This document shows, one piece after another, positions 12,825 to 23,759 of a DNA stretch of 64,000 nucleotides. The notes beneath the pieces are model-generated. The model was not told the DNA's origin. It made no database searches and saw only the letters and a program-made list of their open reading frames with translations. Every line of letters begins with the position of its first letter. Position 1 is the stretch's first letter. Source of the DNA: an uncultured Nitrososphaerota archaeon (GTDB taxonomy: Archaea; Thermoproteota; Nitrososphaeria; Nitrososphaerales; Nitrosopumilaceae); NCBI GenBank assembly GCA_963824385.1, contig CAWGPD010000002.1, positions 258,420-322,419 of the forward strand, written 5' to 3'. The position numbers were made by a program, and so were the translations under genes.

Positions 12825-13370
12825 TTGCTGCTAGTTGTAGACAATGGTTCTGTCTACACTCCGTCTCTTTTGAAATGTATCCAGGATCTAAACCTAGATT
12901 TTGAACCTCATGTATTTTCTAATGTATCATCACTTAATCTTGATAATTATTCATCTATAATATTATCAGGAAGACGAAAGAATAATCCAGAAATGAATAT
13001 TGTAAATTCAAAATTAGTAAAGCATTCGATAGAAGAAAACAAGCCATTGCTAGGTATATGTTATGGTGCAGAAATTCTTGCACTTACTCTGGGAGGTACA
13101 ATAAAAAAAATGATATCTTCACGTCATGGTTTATATGAAATTAATATTACACAAAATAATCCGCTCTGTAGCGGTAAAATAAAAGGATTTGAAAGTCATT
13201 CATACATGGTATCAAAACTTGATTCTTCTTTTACACAAATAGCTACATCTGATGATTGTAAATTTGAGATATTCAAGTATGACAACAAAAATATTTTCGG
13301 AACGCAATTTCATCCCGAAATGAGTAGTGATGGAAAATCTCTATTGGAGAAATTTAGTCTCATTAAATAG
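12825..13370 (+). CDS. Class I glutamine amidotransferase (GMP-synthase-A-like)
   Basis: VVDNGS, PLLGICYGAE, GTQFHPE catalytic triad motifs. Confidence 0.88.
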   Translation: MLLVVDNGSVYTPSLLKCIQDLNLDFEPHVFSNVSSLNLDNYSSIILSGRRKNNPEMNIVNSKLVKHSIEENKPLLGICYGAEILALTLGGTIKKMISSRHGLYEINITQNNPLCSGKIKGFESHSYMVSKLDSSFTQIATSDDCKFEIFKYDNKNIFGTQFHPEMSSDGKSLLEKFSLIK

Positions 13371-13398
13371 TATTAATATTGTATAATTGATTGATTAA

Positions 13399-14346
13399 TT
13401 GATGGATTCTACTCATACACTAGAGATACCGCTAGTACAAGAAGAAAACATTTGTCTGCCGCTAGTTGTTAGTGCAGTGTCAAAATACTGGGGAATAGAC
13501 TTGCCGCTAAAAGAGGCTACAGAAATTGCAAAAAAATATCCTCGCATGAAAGGAAGTATTCTCATAGAAGGAGTTGAGCTTGCTGAACGACATGGCCTTT
13601 CAGTTATTATTTCAAACTCTAGTCTTAAAGAATTAAAAAAAATGATAGATATTGGAGTTCCACCAATTGTGATACTTCCGGGAATAAAGGATGTAGTACA
13701 ACACGCATCACTTGTTGTTGGATATGATGAAATAGAAAAAACTATTTTTCATTATATACCAGAACCTGAAAAAATTGGAGCCATTCCTGAGAAAAGATTT
13801 GATGAACAATGGCAAGAAGATGACAGATTGATGCTCTTGATAGTCCCACATGATATTTTATCTGATGTAGATACATTTGATGAAAAAAAGACTAGATCTA
13901 ATAGACTATGTTTTGATGGAGAAAAGTTAAGACTTCAAGGAAAAACTGACGAAGCCATAACTATACTAAAAAAGGCTCTTGAGATAAACAAATCAAACTC
14001 AACTGCTATGTGTCTCTTGGCAGGAATACTAAATGATCAAAATTCTAGCCAGGCTCTTGATTACTATAAAAAAACTATTGAATTAAATTCAAAATATTAT
14101 CTGGCTTACCGAGGATTGGGAAATTATTACTTGAAAGCAAAAGACTTTGAAAATGCCGAGAAATATTATACCATGGCAATTGAGGTTGACTCGTCTAGGT
14201 TTGCGCCAATTTACAAGAATCGTGGATTGGCAAGATTTGAGCAGAAAAAATCAACTTCTGCCAAAGAAGATTTTAAAATGTATATAAAACAAATGCCAGA
14301 AGCAACTGACAAAATTAGCATTGAGCAAGCCATCTCACAAATGTAA
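13399..14346 (+). CDS. C39-peptidase-like domain plus TPR repeats
   Basis: QEENIC and HASLVVGYD papain-like motifs; C-terminal TPRs (AYRGLGNYY, IYKNRGLA). Confidence 0.75.
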   Translation: MMDSTHTLEIPLVQEENICLPLVVSAVSKYWGIDLPLKEATEIAKKYPRMKGSILIEGVELAERHGLSVIISNSSLKELKKMIDIGVPPIVILPGIKDVVQHASLVVGYDEIEKTIFHYIPEPEKIGAIPEKRFDEQWQEDDRLMLLIVPHDILSDVDTFDEKKTRSNRLCFDGEKLRLQGKTDEAITILKKALEINKSNSTAMCLLAGILNDQNSSQALDYYKKTIELNSKYYLAYRGLGNYYLKAKDFENAEKYYTMAIEVDSSRFAPIYKNRGLARFEQKKSTSAKEDFKMYIKQMPEATDKISIEQAISQM

Positions 14347-14386
14347 CTAAGGTAAAAGATTTAACACTCTCTTGAGGAAAAAATCC

Positions 14387-14800
14387 ATGGATTGTATTTT
14401 CTGCAAAATAGTGAGTGGAGATATTTCTACAAAAAAATTATACGAAACCCCTAATTCACTTGCCTTTTTGGATGCCTTTCCACTTGCACGAGGTCACACG
14501 CTTGTGATCCCAAAAAACCATTACGCAAAGGTACAAGACATGAGTGAATCTGATAGTAAAGATCTTTTTGAAACAGTCAAGACTCTAGCTGGAAAACTTG
14601 AATCAATTTATTTATCATCATTAATTGCAATTCATAACGGAAAGGAAAGTGGTCAAGAGATACCACATGTACATGTTCATATTGTTCCCAGAAACTCTTC
14701 TGATGGTGCAGGACCGATTCATAGCATGTTTGTAAAACGACCAGCATTTGATGAAACTGAATTTGAAAAAATAAAAAAAATTATTCAAAATAATAAATAA
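14387..14800 (+). CDS. hit: HIT-family nucleotide hydrolase
   Basis: MDCIFCKI, GHTLVIPK, PHVHVHIVPR histidine triad. Confidence 0.93.
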   Translation: MDCIFCKIVSGDISTKKLYETPNSLAFLDAFPLARGHTLVIPKNHYAKVQDMSESDSKDLFETVKTLAGKLESIYLSSLIAIHNGKESGQEIPHVHVHIVPRNSSDGAGPIHSMFVKRPAFDETEFEKIKKIIQNNK

Positions 14801-14808
14801 AATCAGGG

Positions 14809-14881
14809 TGCGGAGTGCGGGAATTGAACCCGCGACCTTCAGTTGGGAAGCTGACGTCCTACCAGGCTGGACTAACTCCGC
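14809..14881 (-). tRNA. tRNA-Gly(CCC); 3' strand of the anticodon stem appears to lack one base
   Basis: Reverse complement GCGGAGTTAGTCCAGCCTGGTAGGACGTCAGC-TTCCCAA-CTGAAGGTCGCGGGTTCAATTCCCGCACTCCGCA folds as a cloverleaf. Confidence 0.9.
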
Positions 14882-14933
14882 TGAATCGAGATCTGGTATC
14901 TAACATTATATAGTTTAGTTGACAAATTATATC

Positions 14934-15107
14934 ATGGATGCAAAATGTCCAGAATGTGACAAAGTTGCAATACTTGATGATGAGATAACAAATGTCAAAT
15001 GTCCTCATTGTGGGTTTGAGGCAAAATATGATGATTATCTTAATTTAATGAAACAAAAGGTAGGCGAACTGGCAGAAAACTTTCAATTTGACAGACCTGG
15101 CTTTTAA
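14934..15107 (+). CDS. Small zinc-ribbon protein
   Basis: CPEC...CPHC. Confidence 0.7.
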   Translation: MDAKCPECDKVAILDDEITNVKCPHCGFEAKYDDYLNLMKQKVGELAENFQFDRPGF

Positions 15108-15230
15108 TCACCAAAACGAGCCCTTGTCTGAACAGTCTAGATGTGCTCCACAGTTTGTACATATCATATGACATGCTTGCATTGAAACCATTATCTTGTC
15201 ACATCGTGGACACTTGATTGACTCGTTCAA
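15108..15230 (-). CDS. Small CPxCG-type zinc-finger protein (40 aa, below the ORF-track cutoff)
   Basis: Manual translation MNESIKCPRCDKIMVSMQACHMICTNCGAHLDCSDKGSFW (TTG start). Confidence 0.7.
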   Translation of the reverse strand: MNESIKCPRCDKIMVSMQACHMICTNCGAHLDCSDKGSFW

Positions 15231-15309
15231 TAATCTAGCAAAGGTCTTTGCATTTTTAAAAGATTTAGGTACAAAGATTAATTAATAGTTTAAAGATTTT
15301 TTTTACTAC

Positions 15310-15714
15310 TTGGCTACATTCAAACTGAATATATCTGACAAAAAAGGAAAATCTATCACCAAAGAGGTAAAGGAGAAGGATGCTGGACCATTTTTGGGTC
15401 TACAAGTAGGTAGTGAATTAGACGCTGCAATAGTAGGCGAGTCTGGTAAATTGAAAATTACTGGAGGTAGTGACAAGTCAGGAGTTCCTCTCCGAGAAGA
15501 TATTCACGGCGGCGCTAGAAAATACATTTTGTTATCAAAGGGAATAGGATTAAGAGATGCTGAAAAAGGACAAAGAGTTCGCAAGCTTGTTAGAGGAAAT
15601 ATTGTAACAGAAGAAGTTTATCAATTAAACTGCTTTTTTGACGGAGAACTTAAGGTAGAAGAAAAACCAGCTGAAGGACAAGAAAAAGAATCTGCAGAGA
15701 AAACTAAGGCATAG
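15310..15714 (+). CDS. rps6e: 30S ribosomal protein S6e
   Basis: LKITGGSDKSGVP, RKLVRGN motifs; upstream of aIF2-gamma. Confidence 0.93.
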   Translation: MATFKLNISDKKGKSITKEVKEKDAGPFLGLQVGSELDAAIVGESGKLKITGGSDKSGVPLREDIHGGARKYILLSKGIGLRDAEKGQRVRKLVRGNIVTEEVYQLNCFFDGELKVEEKPAEGQEKESAEKTKA

Positions 15715-15744
15715 GTTAACATATCTGCTTTTACTAGTTTGTAC

Positions 15745-17010
15745 ATGCACTGGAAAGAAACTCTTCCTGATTGGTATGTAAAAAAATATGGTTATCAACC
15801 ATGTGTAAACATTGGAACTGCAGGTCATGTTGATCACGGCAAGACAACTCTTATCCAAGCTTTGACTGGTGTCTGGACTAGTGCACACAGTGAGGAATTA
15901 AAACGAGGAATTACTATTAGGGTTGGATATGCCGATGCGGCATTTTACAAATGTAAAAAATGTGAGGTTCCATTGTGTTATTCGGTTACACCAAAGTGTA
16001 ATAATTGTGGAAAAGAAAGTGAATTATCACGTGTTGTTAGTTTTGTAGATAGTCCTGGCCATGAAAGTTTGATGGCAAATATGCTATCGGGGTCTGCTCT
16101 AATAGATGGCGCAATGCTTCTAGTAGCAGCTAATGAAAAGGTTCCCCAGCCACAAACTAAGGAACACTTGCTTGCTTTGCAGACACTTGGAATTAAACAA
16201 ATTGTTATAGTTCAAAATAAAGTTGATTTGATATCATATGAACAGGCAATGGAAAATTATGCTGATATAGTAAAATTTGTCAAGGGAACTACGGCTGCAA
16301 AAGCTCCAATCATTCCAATTTCTGCCCAATCAAAATTAAACATTGATGCACTAATAGGCGCAATTGAAACTTCAATACCTACTCCTGAGAGAGATGAGAA
16401 AAAGAATACTGTTATGCACGTACTACGATCATTTGATGTAAACAAACCTGGAACTAAAATTAAAGACATCAAGGGTGGTGTTATTGGAGGAAGTATTGTT
16501 CAAGGAACATTCCAAGTAGGAGATGAAATTGAGATAAAACCTGGTCTGGCTAATGAAAAAACAGGAAAGTATGAACCTATTTTTACAGAGATTGCATCTT
16601 TAGGAACTGGTGCAGGAATAGTAAAAGAGGTAAAATCTGGCGGCCTAATTGCAATAGCAACCAAGCTTGATCCAGCAATGACTAGAAGTGATTCACTAAT
16701 AGGTTCTGTAATTGGCAAACCAGGTACTCTACCAGAAAATTCTTACAGTACAAAAATTGAGGTAAATCTATTTGATACTGCAGTAGGTTCAGGTGAAGAG
16801 ATCAAAGTTTCTCCAATAACTACAGGAGAATCTTTGAGATTAAGTTTAGGAACTGCTCCACTCTTATCCAAAGTTACTAGTGTAAGAGGCAAGACAGTGG
16901 AATTGCAATTCAAAAGACCGGTATGTATTTTTGACAATAGTAAGGTAGCAATAAGTAGAAGAATTGCTGAAAGATGGAGATTAATTGGTGCTGGTGTAGC
17001 AAGTGGTTGA
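15745..17010 (+). CDS. eif2g: Translation initiation factor aIF2 gamma subunit
   Basis: GTAGHVDHGKTT, RGITI, zinc knuckle, DSPGHE, NKVD, RWRLIG. Confidence 0.96.
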   Translation: MHWKETLPDWYVKKYGYQPCVNIGTAGHVDHGKTTLIQALTGVWTSAHSEELKRGITIRVGYADAAFYKCKKCEVPLCYSVTPKCNNCGKESELSRVVSFVDSPGHESLMANMLSGSALIDGAMLLVAANEKVPQPQTKEHLLALQTLGIKQIVIVQNKVDLISYEQAMENYADIVKFVKGTTAAKAPIIPISAQSKLNIDALIGAIETSIPTPERDEKKNTVMHVLRSFDVNKPGTKIKDIKGGVIGGSIVQGTFQVGDEIEIKPGLANEKTGKYEPIFTEIASLGTGAGIVKEVKSGGLIAIATKLDPAMTRSDSLIGSVIGKPGTLPENSYSTKIEVNLFDTAVGSGEEIKVSPITTGESLRLSLGTAPLLSKVTSVRGKTVELQFKRPVCIFDNSKVAISRRIAERWRLIGAGVASG

Positions 17011-17379
17011 AATTATCTGTGATTCTAGTTTTCTCATAGTACTTGCTTCAAGAAGAATAAAGAACATCTCTAGTATAGAAACAGAAATTGGAGCAATAGA
17101 GTATGTTGTACCAGATATGGTAGTAAAAGAATTAGAAAGAATAACTATGGATGATAAAAAAAAAGTTCTGCTGAAAATGCTTTAAAAATTGTAAGAGACT
17201 TAAAAAAGATCAACATCTCAGGAAAATCTGTTGATGATGCACTAGTTTCTTTTGTGAAAGAACATGGGGGGATAATAGCTACACTTGATGCTGAACTCAA
17301 AATGAGAATTAAGAAAAACGGTGGTTCAGTTCTTTCTGTCTCAAGCGATAAAATTGTTCTTGAACCAAGTAATCTTTAA
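17003..17379 (+). CDS. PIN-domain protein (Fcf1/Utp24-like), frameshift in an A-run near 17160
   Basis: IICDSSFL, VVKELE; downstream frame carries VDDAL and IATLDAELK. Confidence 0.8.
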
Positions 17380-17403
17380 TTTTGGTAGAACATAATTCTA
17401 GTT

Positions 17404-18060
17404 ATGTTTGAGTATAAAGGAATCAAAATAAAATGGCTTGGTCATAACTCTTTTAGTATAGTTGGTAATATCAAAATCATAACTGATCCGTACAAAATTA
17501 CTTTCCAGGAAAAAGCAGACTTGATCTTGATTTCACACAATCATTTTGATCACCTAAGTGTTGATGATCTAAAGAATATTTCAACAGAGAAAACCTCTAT
17601 TGTTGCTGCAAACGAATGCATTGATATGCTAAAAGGATTTGCCTTTAAAGAAAAGATTGGCATCTCTCCAGGTGAAGAAAAGACTGTAAAAGGAATTAAA
17701 ATTAAAGCAATTAGGGCATATAATGTAGATAAAATAAATCCAGAAACCAAAAAACCATTCCATCCTAAAGAAGATGATAAAATAGGTTTTCTAATAGATC
17801 TAAATGGTACTACCATATATCATACAGGAGATACTGACTTGATTCCAGAGATGTCTGATCTAAAGCCCGATATAGCATTGGTACCTGTAAGTGGAACATA
17901 TGTTATGACTGCAAATGAAGCATCTAAAGCCGTAGAAAGAATAAAACCCAAGATCGTAATTCCGATGCATTTTGGAACAATTGTTGGTAGTGAAAAAGAT
18001 GCTCAGGATTTCAAACAATTGATAAAATCTTGCAAGGTTCAGATTCTTACAAAAGAGTAA
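17404..18060 (+). CDS. Metallo-beta-lactamase-fold hydrolase
   Basis: WLGH, ISHNHFDH, YHTGDT, IPMHFG. Confidence 0.88.
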   Translation: MFEYKGIKIKWLGHNSFSIVGNIKIITDPYKITFQEKADLILISHNHFDHLSVDDLKNISTEKTSIVAANECIDMLKGFAFKEKIGISPGEEKTVKGIKIKAIRAYNVDKINPETKKPFHPKEDDKIGFLIDLNGTTIYHTGDTDLIPEMSDLKPDIALVPVSGTYVMTANEASKAVERIKPKIVIPMHFGTIVGSEKDAQDFKQLIKSCKVQILTKE

Positions 18061-18090
18061 TAAACCGAGTAAATTCCATCAAAAACTATC

Positions 18091-20889
18091 TTGATACAAG
18101 ATTCCAAATTGTTTACGGTAAGAAAATTTGACTTTCATTTAAGGCATCTACTTGTAATTGGAGTTCTTATAATTTCATTTTCCATTTCTGTAATGGTTAG
18201 ATCTCAAGCTGCTGATTATGGTTTCCAATTAAATGAGTTTGATCCATTCTTCAATTACAGGGCAACACAGTACCTATTAGATAATGGACTAAATGCATAT
18301 GTTCATTGGCACGATAATATGAGTTGGTATCCTGAGGGCAGAGATGTTTTTACTAATGCTCAAGTGCCACTACATGTAACAGATGCAGTTCTATACAAAA
18401 TCTTTGGCGGTGGATTAAGTCTCTATGATTTTACAATAATTTTTCCAGTAGTTTTTGGTTCTATGACGGTAATAGTCATATTTGCACTGGTACGTGTTTT
18501 GGGAGGTACTAGTGCAGGACTCTTTGCTTCTCTTTTCTTTGCATTATCACCTGCTATTATAGTCAGAGGAACAATTGGCTGGTTCAAGTCTGAACCTCTT
18601 GGTTTGTTTTATGGGTTATTGGGACTCTATCTATTTCTAAGTGGACTCAAATCAGAAAATAAAAAAATTGCTATAGCCAAGATGGTAGGCGGTGGATTCT
18701 TTCTAGCTGTAGGTTTTGCGTCTTGGGGTGGAATTGAATTCTTTTTACTTCCTTTAGGATTGTTCTTTGTTGCTTTACCTTTCATGCGAAAAGATCACAA
18801 TTTCTTACTCTGGGCAGTTCCATTATTTGTAGCCGTGACTATGCTAGTAGCTGGAGGACTCTTTGCAAGACCTGGTCCAACTTTTGTATTTGGAATAAGA
18901 GGACTTGCGATGATAGGTCCAACCATAATACTAGTCATAATAATTTTCATTCAAAAATATAGTAAAGAACAACACCGTATGCGTAATAGTTTACTTGCTC
19001 TTGCTATTCTAATAATAGTTGGGAGTGTGATCTTGCTTGGGGGAGGAGCTCTTCACGGTGTAAGCTTCCGTTATCTTAATGCATTAGACCCCTTCCTAAC
19101 TTCAGAAGATCCTCTGGTCGATTCAGTTGCAGAACATGCAACTCCTACACTTGCACAGAACTTTAGCTATTTCTCGGTGCTAATGTTGTTTGCAGGTCTT
19201 GGAATATGGCTTATGTTTAGGAAAAAGAACGCCGATACAAAAACATCAGGATTGTCTCTTAGAAATGAGATGATTGTATTTGCTTTAATTGTGGGTATAG
19301 TTGGTGCATATGCTGGTTCTACTTTTACTAGATTGGAATTACTTACAGCAACTTCTGTCATTATACTTTCATCTATAGGTCTAGCTGCACTCACGGCCGA
19401 TATTCTAAAACGAGAAAACAAGTCGGTGAAAATTATAGAATCCCCAAAGAAAGGAAAAACTCAAACAAGAAAGGAAACGACTCAAACAAAAACAACTGGT
19501 GATTTACTTGGAAGAATCTCAAAGATAGCGTTTGTTGCTGTTATAGTGGCATTATTGCTGGTTCCAACCTTGTATCCTGTCAACGGAAACTGGATAACTG
19601 TAACAAAATCTCCACCTACAATTCTAAATGGTGGTTCCAATTTTGCTATTGCCACTAATGACTGGCCAGATGCTCTAAACTGGATGAAAAATAACACTCC
19701 AAAAGATTCCGTAGTTGCTTCATGGTGGGACTATGGATATTGGATACAGACTTTGGGAGAGAGAACTACATTTGTCGATAATGCCACAGTTGACACAAAT
19801 ATCATAGCAAACATTGCAAGAATGCTTCTTGATTCTCCTGATGACGCATGGAATGCATTAAAGAAGATGGGGGCAAACTATGTTCTAGTTTATGTCGTAG
19901 GCCAAAAGTTTGTTTCAAACGGAACTGAGCTTTACGTACTTGGAGGAGGAGGAGATGAAAGCAAGAAACAGTGGTTCATGAAAATAGGAGGCCTTGATTC
20001 ATCACAATTCCTACAAGATGATGCATTTACACCGACTGACTATTTCTGGAAAAATACTCTGCTTGGGCAAATGTTTCCATTCACTCCAGTAACATACTAT
20101 GATCCAAATACTCACAATGAATCACCAGCCTACACTACTGGTTATACAGCAATTTACACAAAGACCATCAAATATCCATCAAATGGAGATGGACCACTAC
20201 GCCTAGCATACATGTCTGCAAGCTTGAATAGAACAGACTCGGGTGTCTTTTCAGGTGTATTGATTTATCAGGTCAATCCTGATTATAAACCTCAGACAGC
20301 TGCTGCATTGTCTACTAGTAATCCACAAGGGAATAGCTCAAGCACAACAATAAAACCCATAACCGCTACAAATAGTAGTGGAGACATTGCAGTTATTGAT
20401 ACAAAGTTTGGAGAGATAAAATTCCAATTATTTGATAAGGTGGCACCACAGACAACGGCTAACTTTATCAATCTAGCCAACTCTGGTTTTTATGATGGAA
20501 CTGTATTTCACAGAATAATTCCAGGCTTTATGATTCAAGGTGGTGATCCAAATACAATAAAAGGCGATAGAAGCACTTGGGGCCTTGGAGATGCAGGACA
20601 TACAGTTCCAGCAGAATTTAGTTCTAGTATGAATTTTACAAAATACATGGTAGGCATGGCACGCAGTTCTGATGTTAACAGTGGAAGCTCTCAATTCTTC
20701 ATTACAGTTGCAGATGCGCCTTGGTTGAATAACCAGTATACTCTATTTGGCCAGGTCATATCTGGTCAAGATGTTGTTGACAGGATAGCACAACTACAGA
20801 CAGATCCTGCTACTAACCAGCCAGTGGTTGCTGATGATGCACGTGTATCAAAAATTAGTATAGAATCATCAAACAGTACGGCAAAATAA
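18091..20889 (+). CDS. aglB: Oligosaccharyltransferase AglB/STT3 fused to a C-terminal cyclophilin-type PPIase
   Basis: EFDPFFNYR, SVAEH, SWWDYGYWI, DESKKQW (STT3); FHRIIPGFMIQGGDP, SSQFFI, YTLFGQV (cyclophilin). Confidence 0.92.
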   Translation: MIQDSKLFTVRKFDFHLRHLLVIGVLIISFSISVMVRSQAADYGFQLNEFDPFFNYRATQYLLDNGLNAYVHWHDNMSWYPEGRDVFTNAQVPLHVTDAVLYKIFGGGLSLYDFTIIFPVVFGSMTVIVIFALVRVLGGTSAGLFASLFFALSPAIIVRGTIGWFKSEPLGLFYGLLGLYLFLSGLKSENKKIAIAKMVGGGFFLAVGFASWGGIEFFLLPLGLFFVALPFMRKDHNFLLWAVPLFVAVTMLVAGGLFARPGPTFVFGIRGLAMIGPTIILVIIIFIQKYSKEQHRMRNSLLALAILIIVGSVILLGGGALHGVSFRYLNALDPFLTSEDPLVDSVAEHATPTLAQNFSYFSVLMLFAGLGIWLMFRKKNADTKTSGLSLRNEMIVFALIVGIVGAYAGSTFTRLELLTATSVIILSSIGLAALTADILKRENKSVKIIESPKKGKTQTRKETTQTKTTGDLLGRISKIAFVAVIVALLLVPTLYPVNGNWITVTKSPPTILNGGSNFAIATNDWPDALNWMKNNTPKDSVVASWWDYGYWIQTLGERTTFVDNATVDTNIIANIARMLLDSPDDAWNALKKMGANYVLVYVVGQKFVSNGTELYVLGGGGDESKKQWFMKIGGLDSSQFLQDDAFTPTDYFWKNTLLGQMFPFTPVTYYDPNTHNESPAYTTGYTAIYTKTIKYPSNGDGPLRLAYMSASLNRTDSGVFSGVLIYQVNPDYKPQTAAALSTSNPQGNSSSTTIKPITATNSSGDIAVIDTKFGEIKFQLFDKVAPQTTANFINLANSGFYDGTVFHRIIPGFMIQGGDPNTIKGDRSTWGLGDAGHTVPAEFSSSMNFTKYMVGMARSSDVNSGSSQFFITVADAPWLNNQYTLFGQVISGQDVVDRIAQLQTDPATNQPVVADDARVSKISIESSNSTAK

Positions 20890-20898
20890 AACTAGTTA

Positions 20899-21054
20899 CT
20901 ACTTGTATCTATCTGAAATACGATATCTTGCATACTTGTCATCTGGAGAATATTTTCCTGGATGTACAGTTACAGTCTGGTGTCCACACTTGGGACACTC
21001 GTCCTTTAGGGTATATCTTTTACAATCTGTACATTTTCTCATCTGAAAGTGCAT
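20899..21054 (-). CDS. nop10: H/ACA RNP protein Nop10
   Basis: Manual translation MHFQMRKCTDCKRYTLKDECPKCGHQTVTVHPGKYSPDDKYARYRISDRYK; conserved position downstream of aIF2-alpha. Confidence 0.92.
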   Translation of the reverse strand: MHFQMRKCTDCKRYTLKDECPKCGHQTVTVHPGKYSPDDKYARYRISDRYK

Positions 21055-21055
21055 G

Positions 21056-21853
21056 TTAACCTTCTCTTGTCTTCTTTGATTCTTCTCTTGTGAACTTGAA
21101 GGTGCCTCCCTTCTTCTCTATTACATCCTGTACAGAGGAAATAATTGGTTTGAGTTCCTTTTCAGCCTCCTTAAAGTTTGGAGCAGTAAGAGTAATGCGA
21201 TATTTGGGAGCACCAATGTATGTGACAGAGATCTCCTTCTTGTTAGCTGTAGAATCAATTAATGCATGCTTGATTATTTCAATGCCGTTTGACTTGTTGC
21301 AGGTTAGCTCAAAAATCCCGCGTATCTCAACATGGGGAACCTGAATTTTTGCACCCAATTCTGCAATAATAGATAATGCCTTTGGAGGAATGTTGAGATT
21401 ATCTAAAACTGATATGCCTTTGGCTGAAACTTCAGAAAATGCATCATAAACTGAGCCAAATTTTTCTCCTAGGACATTTTCTAATTTTCCCATCTCCGAT
21501 TCGGACAAGCTTATACGAGATTTGAGATTTTCAATTAAAGCCTCTTCTTTCTCACCGCGTTTTATCTCTAAAAGTTTCTTCTTCTTTTGATCAGATGATA
21601 CCTGTTTTAATGACAAATCTATTTCAGATCTTCGAGGATCTACCCGTTTTACAAGTAAAACTTTTTTCTCGCCTAATTTGAGAAATTTTGCTACATTTCT
21701 TATCCAACCAGTAGCAATTTCTGAGACATGCAAAAATCCTTGGACATTATTATATTCATCAAGTGCAACATAGGCTCCCTGATCCACTATTCTTGTAACA
21801 GTAGCAATTACAATCTCTCCCACTTCAGGAAAATTCTGAATAGTTGTTGTCAT
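21056..21853 (-). CDS. eif2a: Translation initiation factor aIF2 alpha subunit
   Basis: S1 domain FPEVGEIV...IDLSLK; YIGAPKYRI. Confidence 0.94.
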   Translation of the reverse strand: MTTTIQNFPEVGEIVIATVTRIVDQGAYVALDEYNNVQGFLHVSEIATGWIRNVAKFLKLGEKKVLLVKRVDPRRSEIDLSLKQVSSDQKKKKLLEIKRGEKEEALIENLKSRISLSESEMGKLENVLGEKFGSVYDAFSEVSAKGISVLDNLNIPPKALSIIAELGAKIQVPHVEIRGIFELTCNKSNGIEIIKHALIDSTANKKEISVTYIGAPKYRITLTAPNFKEAEKELKPIISSVQDVIEKKGGTFKFTREESKKTREG

Positions 21854-21891
21854 AGCCTTCAAATTTATTGTACATAATTTAATGTTGCTGA

Positions 21892-22422
21892 TTAAAAGTC
21901 GATTCCTTTTTTTGCTTTTATTCCAGATTTGAATGGATGTTTAATCTCCCTCATTTCAGTAACTAAATCTGCTTTCTCTATTAGTTCATCTTTGGCATAA
22001 TTTCCAGTAAGAATCAAGCTAAGTTCATCAGGTTTGTTTGAAATAATTTCCAAGACATCTCTTAGATTTATCAGGCCAAGATTTATGGCATAATTTATCT
22101 CATCTAGTATTACAATGTTGTAAATTTTTGAATTAATTTTCTCTTGAGCAACTCTGAGTGCCTCCTCTGCCACTTTTTTATGATCCTCAATGGGACTCTT
22201 GTCATCTATTATTCCAATAAAGCCCTTGCCAATTGCAGTAAGTTCAAACTCCGGCTCTAGTCTCTTTGATGATGTCATCTCGCCGTAATGCCATGAACCC
22301 TTGATGAATTGTATCATGCAAACTTTATGATCATAGCCAATTGCACGAAGAGCTATTCCAAGAGCAGCAGTTGTTTTTCCTTTTCCCTTTCCAGTGTAAA
22401 CTATTACCAATCCCTTTGTCAT
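21892..22422 (-). CDS. cobO: Cob(I)yrinic acid a,c-diamide adenosyltransferase
   Basis: YTGKGKGKTTAA, QFIKG, ILDEI, ADLVTEM, KHPF. Confidence 0.93.
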   Translation of the reverse strand: MTKGLVIVYTGKGKGKTTAALGIALRAIGYDHKVCMIQFIKGSWHYGEMTSSKRLEPEFELTAIGKGFIGIIDDKSPIEDHKKVAEEALRVAQEKINSKIYNIVILDEINYAINLGLINLRDVLEIISNKPDELSLILTGNYAKDELIEKADLVTEMREIKHPFKSGIKAKKGIDF

Positions 22423-22529
22423 TGAAAATATTTTTTATGTGCTAGGTAAAAAGATTGGGTTCAAAAATAGACTTGTCTTGATAAAACCACAGCTTATAAT
22501 ATTGAACAAGGAAAATTTGAGTAATACTA

Positions 22530-23759
22530 ATGACTAGAAGTTATGATTATGATGTAGTTGTTGTGGGAGGAGGCCCAGCAGGCTTGTCAGCAGCATGGGG
22601 CGCTGCAAAAAAAGGTCTTAGTGTTGCAGTACTTGAAAGAGATGAGGCAATAGGACAAAATGTTAGAACAAGTGGTGTAACATGGATAAAGGAAGCAAAA
22701 TCATTTGGCATACCACCTGAGTGTTATAACGAAATAAGCAACTATGCATTTTACTCTCCAAATAATTATGTAATAAAAAAAAGTGATACTGCCCAAGCTG
22801 CAGTTTTGGATGTGAGAAAGACATACCAATTTTTGGCATATCAGGCTGCAAGTGTAGGGGCAGACATTTTTTTAAGAACTAGTGTAACTGATGCAATAAA
22901 AAATGACGAGGGAAAATTAAGTGGAGTAAAGGCAACCTCACTTAAAGAAGAACTAGTTTTTAATTCAAAACTTGTAATAGACGCAAGTGGTTTCTACTCT
23001 GTTGTAGGAAGATCTCTTGGCATTGTTATGCCATGGAAAAGATTTGGAGCGGGTGCAGAATATGAGGCATATGTCGATAAAATTGATTCTGATACATGGT
23101 ATCTCATGGTGGGTTCGCAGTACTCTCCAGCAGGCTATGCATGGATTTTTCCATTGGGAAAAAATAAGGTCCGTATAGGAGTGGGAGTAGGAAAACCCAA
23201 TTCTCAGGCAGATGCAAGCAAACTCTTGATTGAATTGATGGAAAAAAGACCAAAACCGCTAAATGATCTAGGAAGAATTGTTCCAGTCGAGTTTCATTAT
23301 GGTCTTATTCCAAATGAAGGACTAAGACAGTCAACCATAGATGATAATCTCATAATGGTAGGAGACTCTGCAGGACAGGCAAATCCATTGGTTCTAGAAG
23401 GGATAAGATATGCAATTGAATTTGGTAGATCTGCAGGAAAAATTGGTGGCGAGTCTGTACTCCAAGGTGATACATCTAAGGAATCTCTAAAAACCTATGA
23501 ACAGAACATGAAAAAAGCAATAGGATCAAAGATAACAGCTGCAGTCAAGGTTCAGCATAGGTGGCTAAATCTAAGTGATCAAGAATGGGACAAAGAAATT
23601 GAAATAATAGGAGAACTCTCTGCCGAAGAATTTCTTAATTTCATCAAGGCGGATTTTGGCATGTTTGATATGCTAAAACTTGCAGCACATCACCCAAAAC
23701 TTGCACTCCAACAACTTTTCCAGATTGTGAAAAATACTGGCAAAGATGAAGAGGTATGA
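22530..23759 (+). CDS. Geranylgeranyl-reductase-family FAD oxidoreductase
   Basis: [26 protein letters not shown]. Confidence 0.85.
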   Translation: MTRSYDYDVVVVGGGPAGLSAAWGAAKKGLSVAVLERDEAIGQNVRTSGVTWIKEAKSFGIPPECYNEISNYAFYSPNNYVIKKSDTAQAAVLDVRKTYQFLAYQAASVGADIFLRTSVTDAIKNDEGKLSGVKATSLKEELVFNSKLVIDASGFYSVVGRSLGIVMPWKRFGAGAEYEAYVDKIDSDTWYLMVGSQYSPAGYAWIFPLGKNKVRIGVGVGKPNSQADASKLLIELMEKRPKPLNDLGRIVPVEFHYGLIPNEGLRQSTIDDNLIMVGDSAGQANPLVLEGIRYAIEFGRSAGKIGGESVLQGDTSKESLKTYEQNMKKAIGSKITAAVKVQHRWLNLSDQEWDKEIEIIGELSAEEFLNFIKADFGMFDMLKLAAHHPKLALQQLFQIVKNTGKDEEV

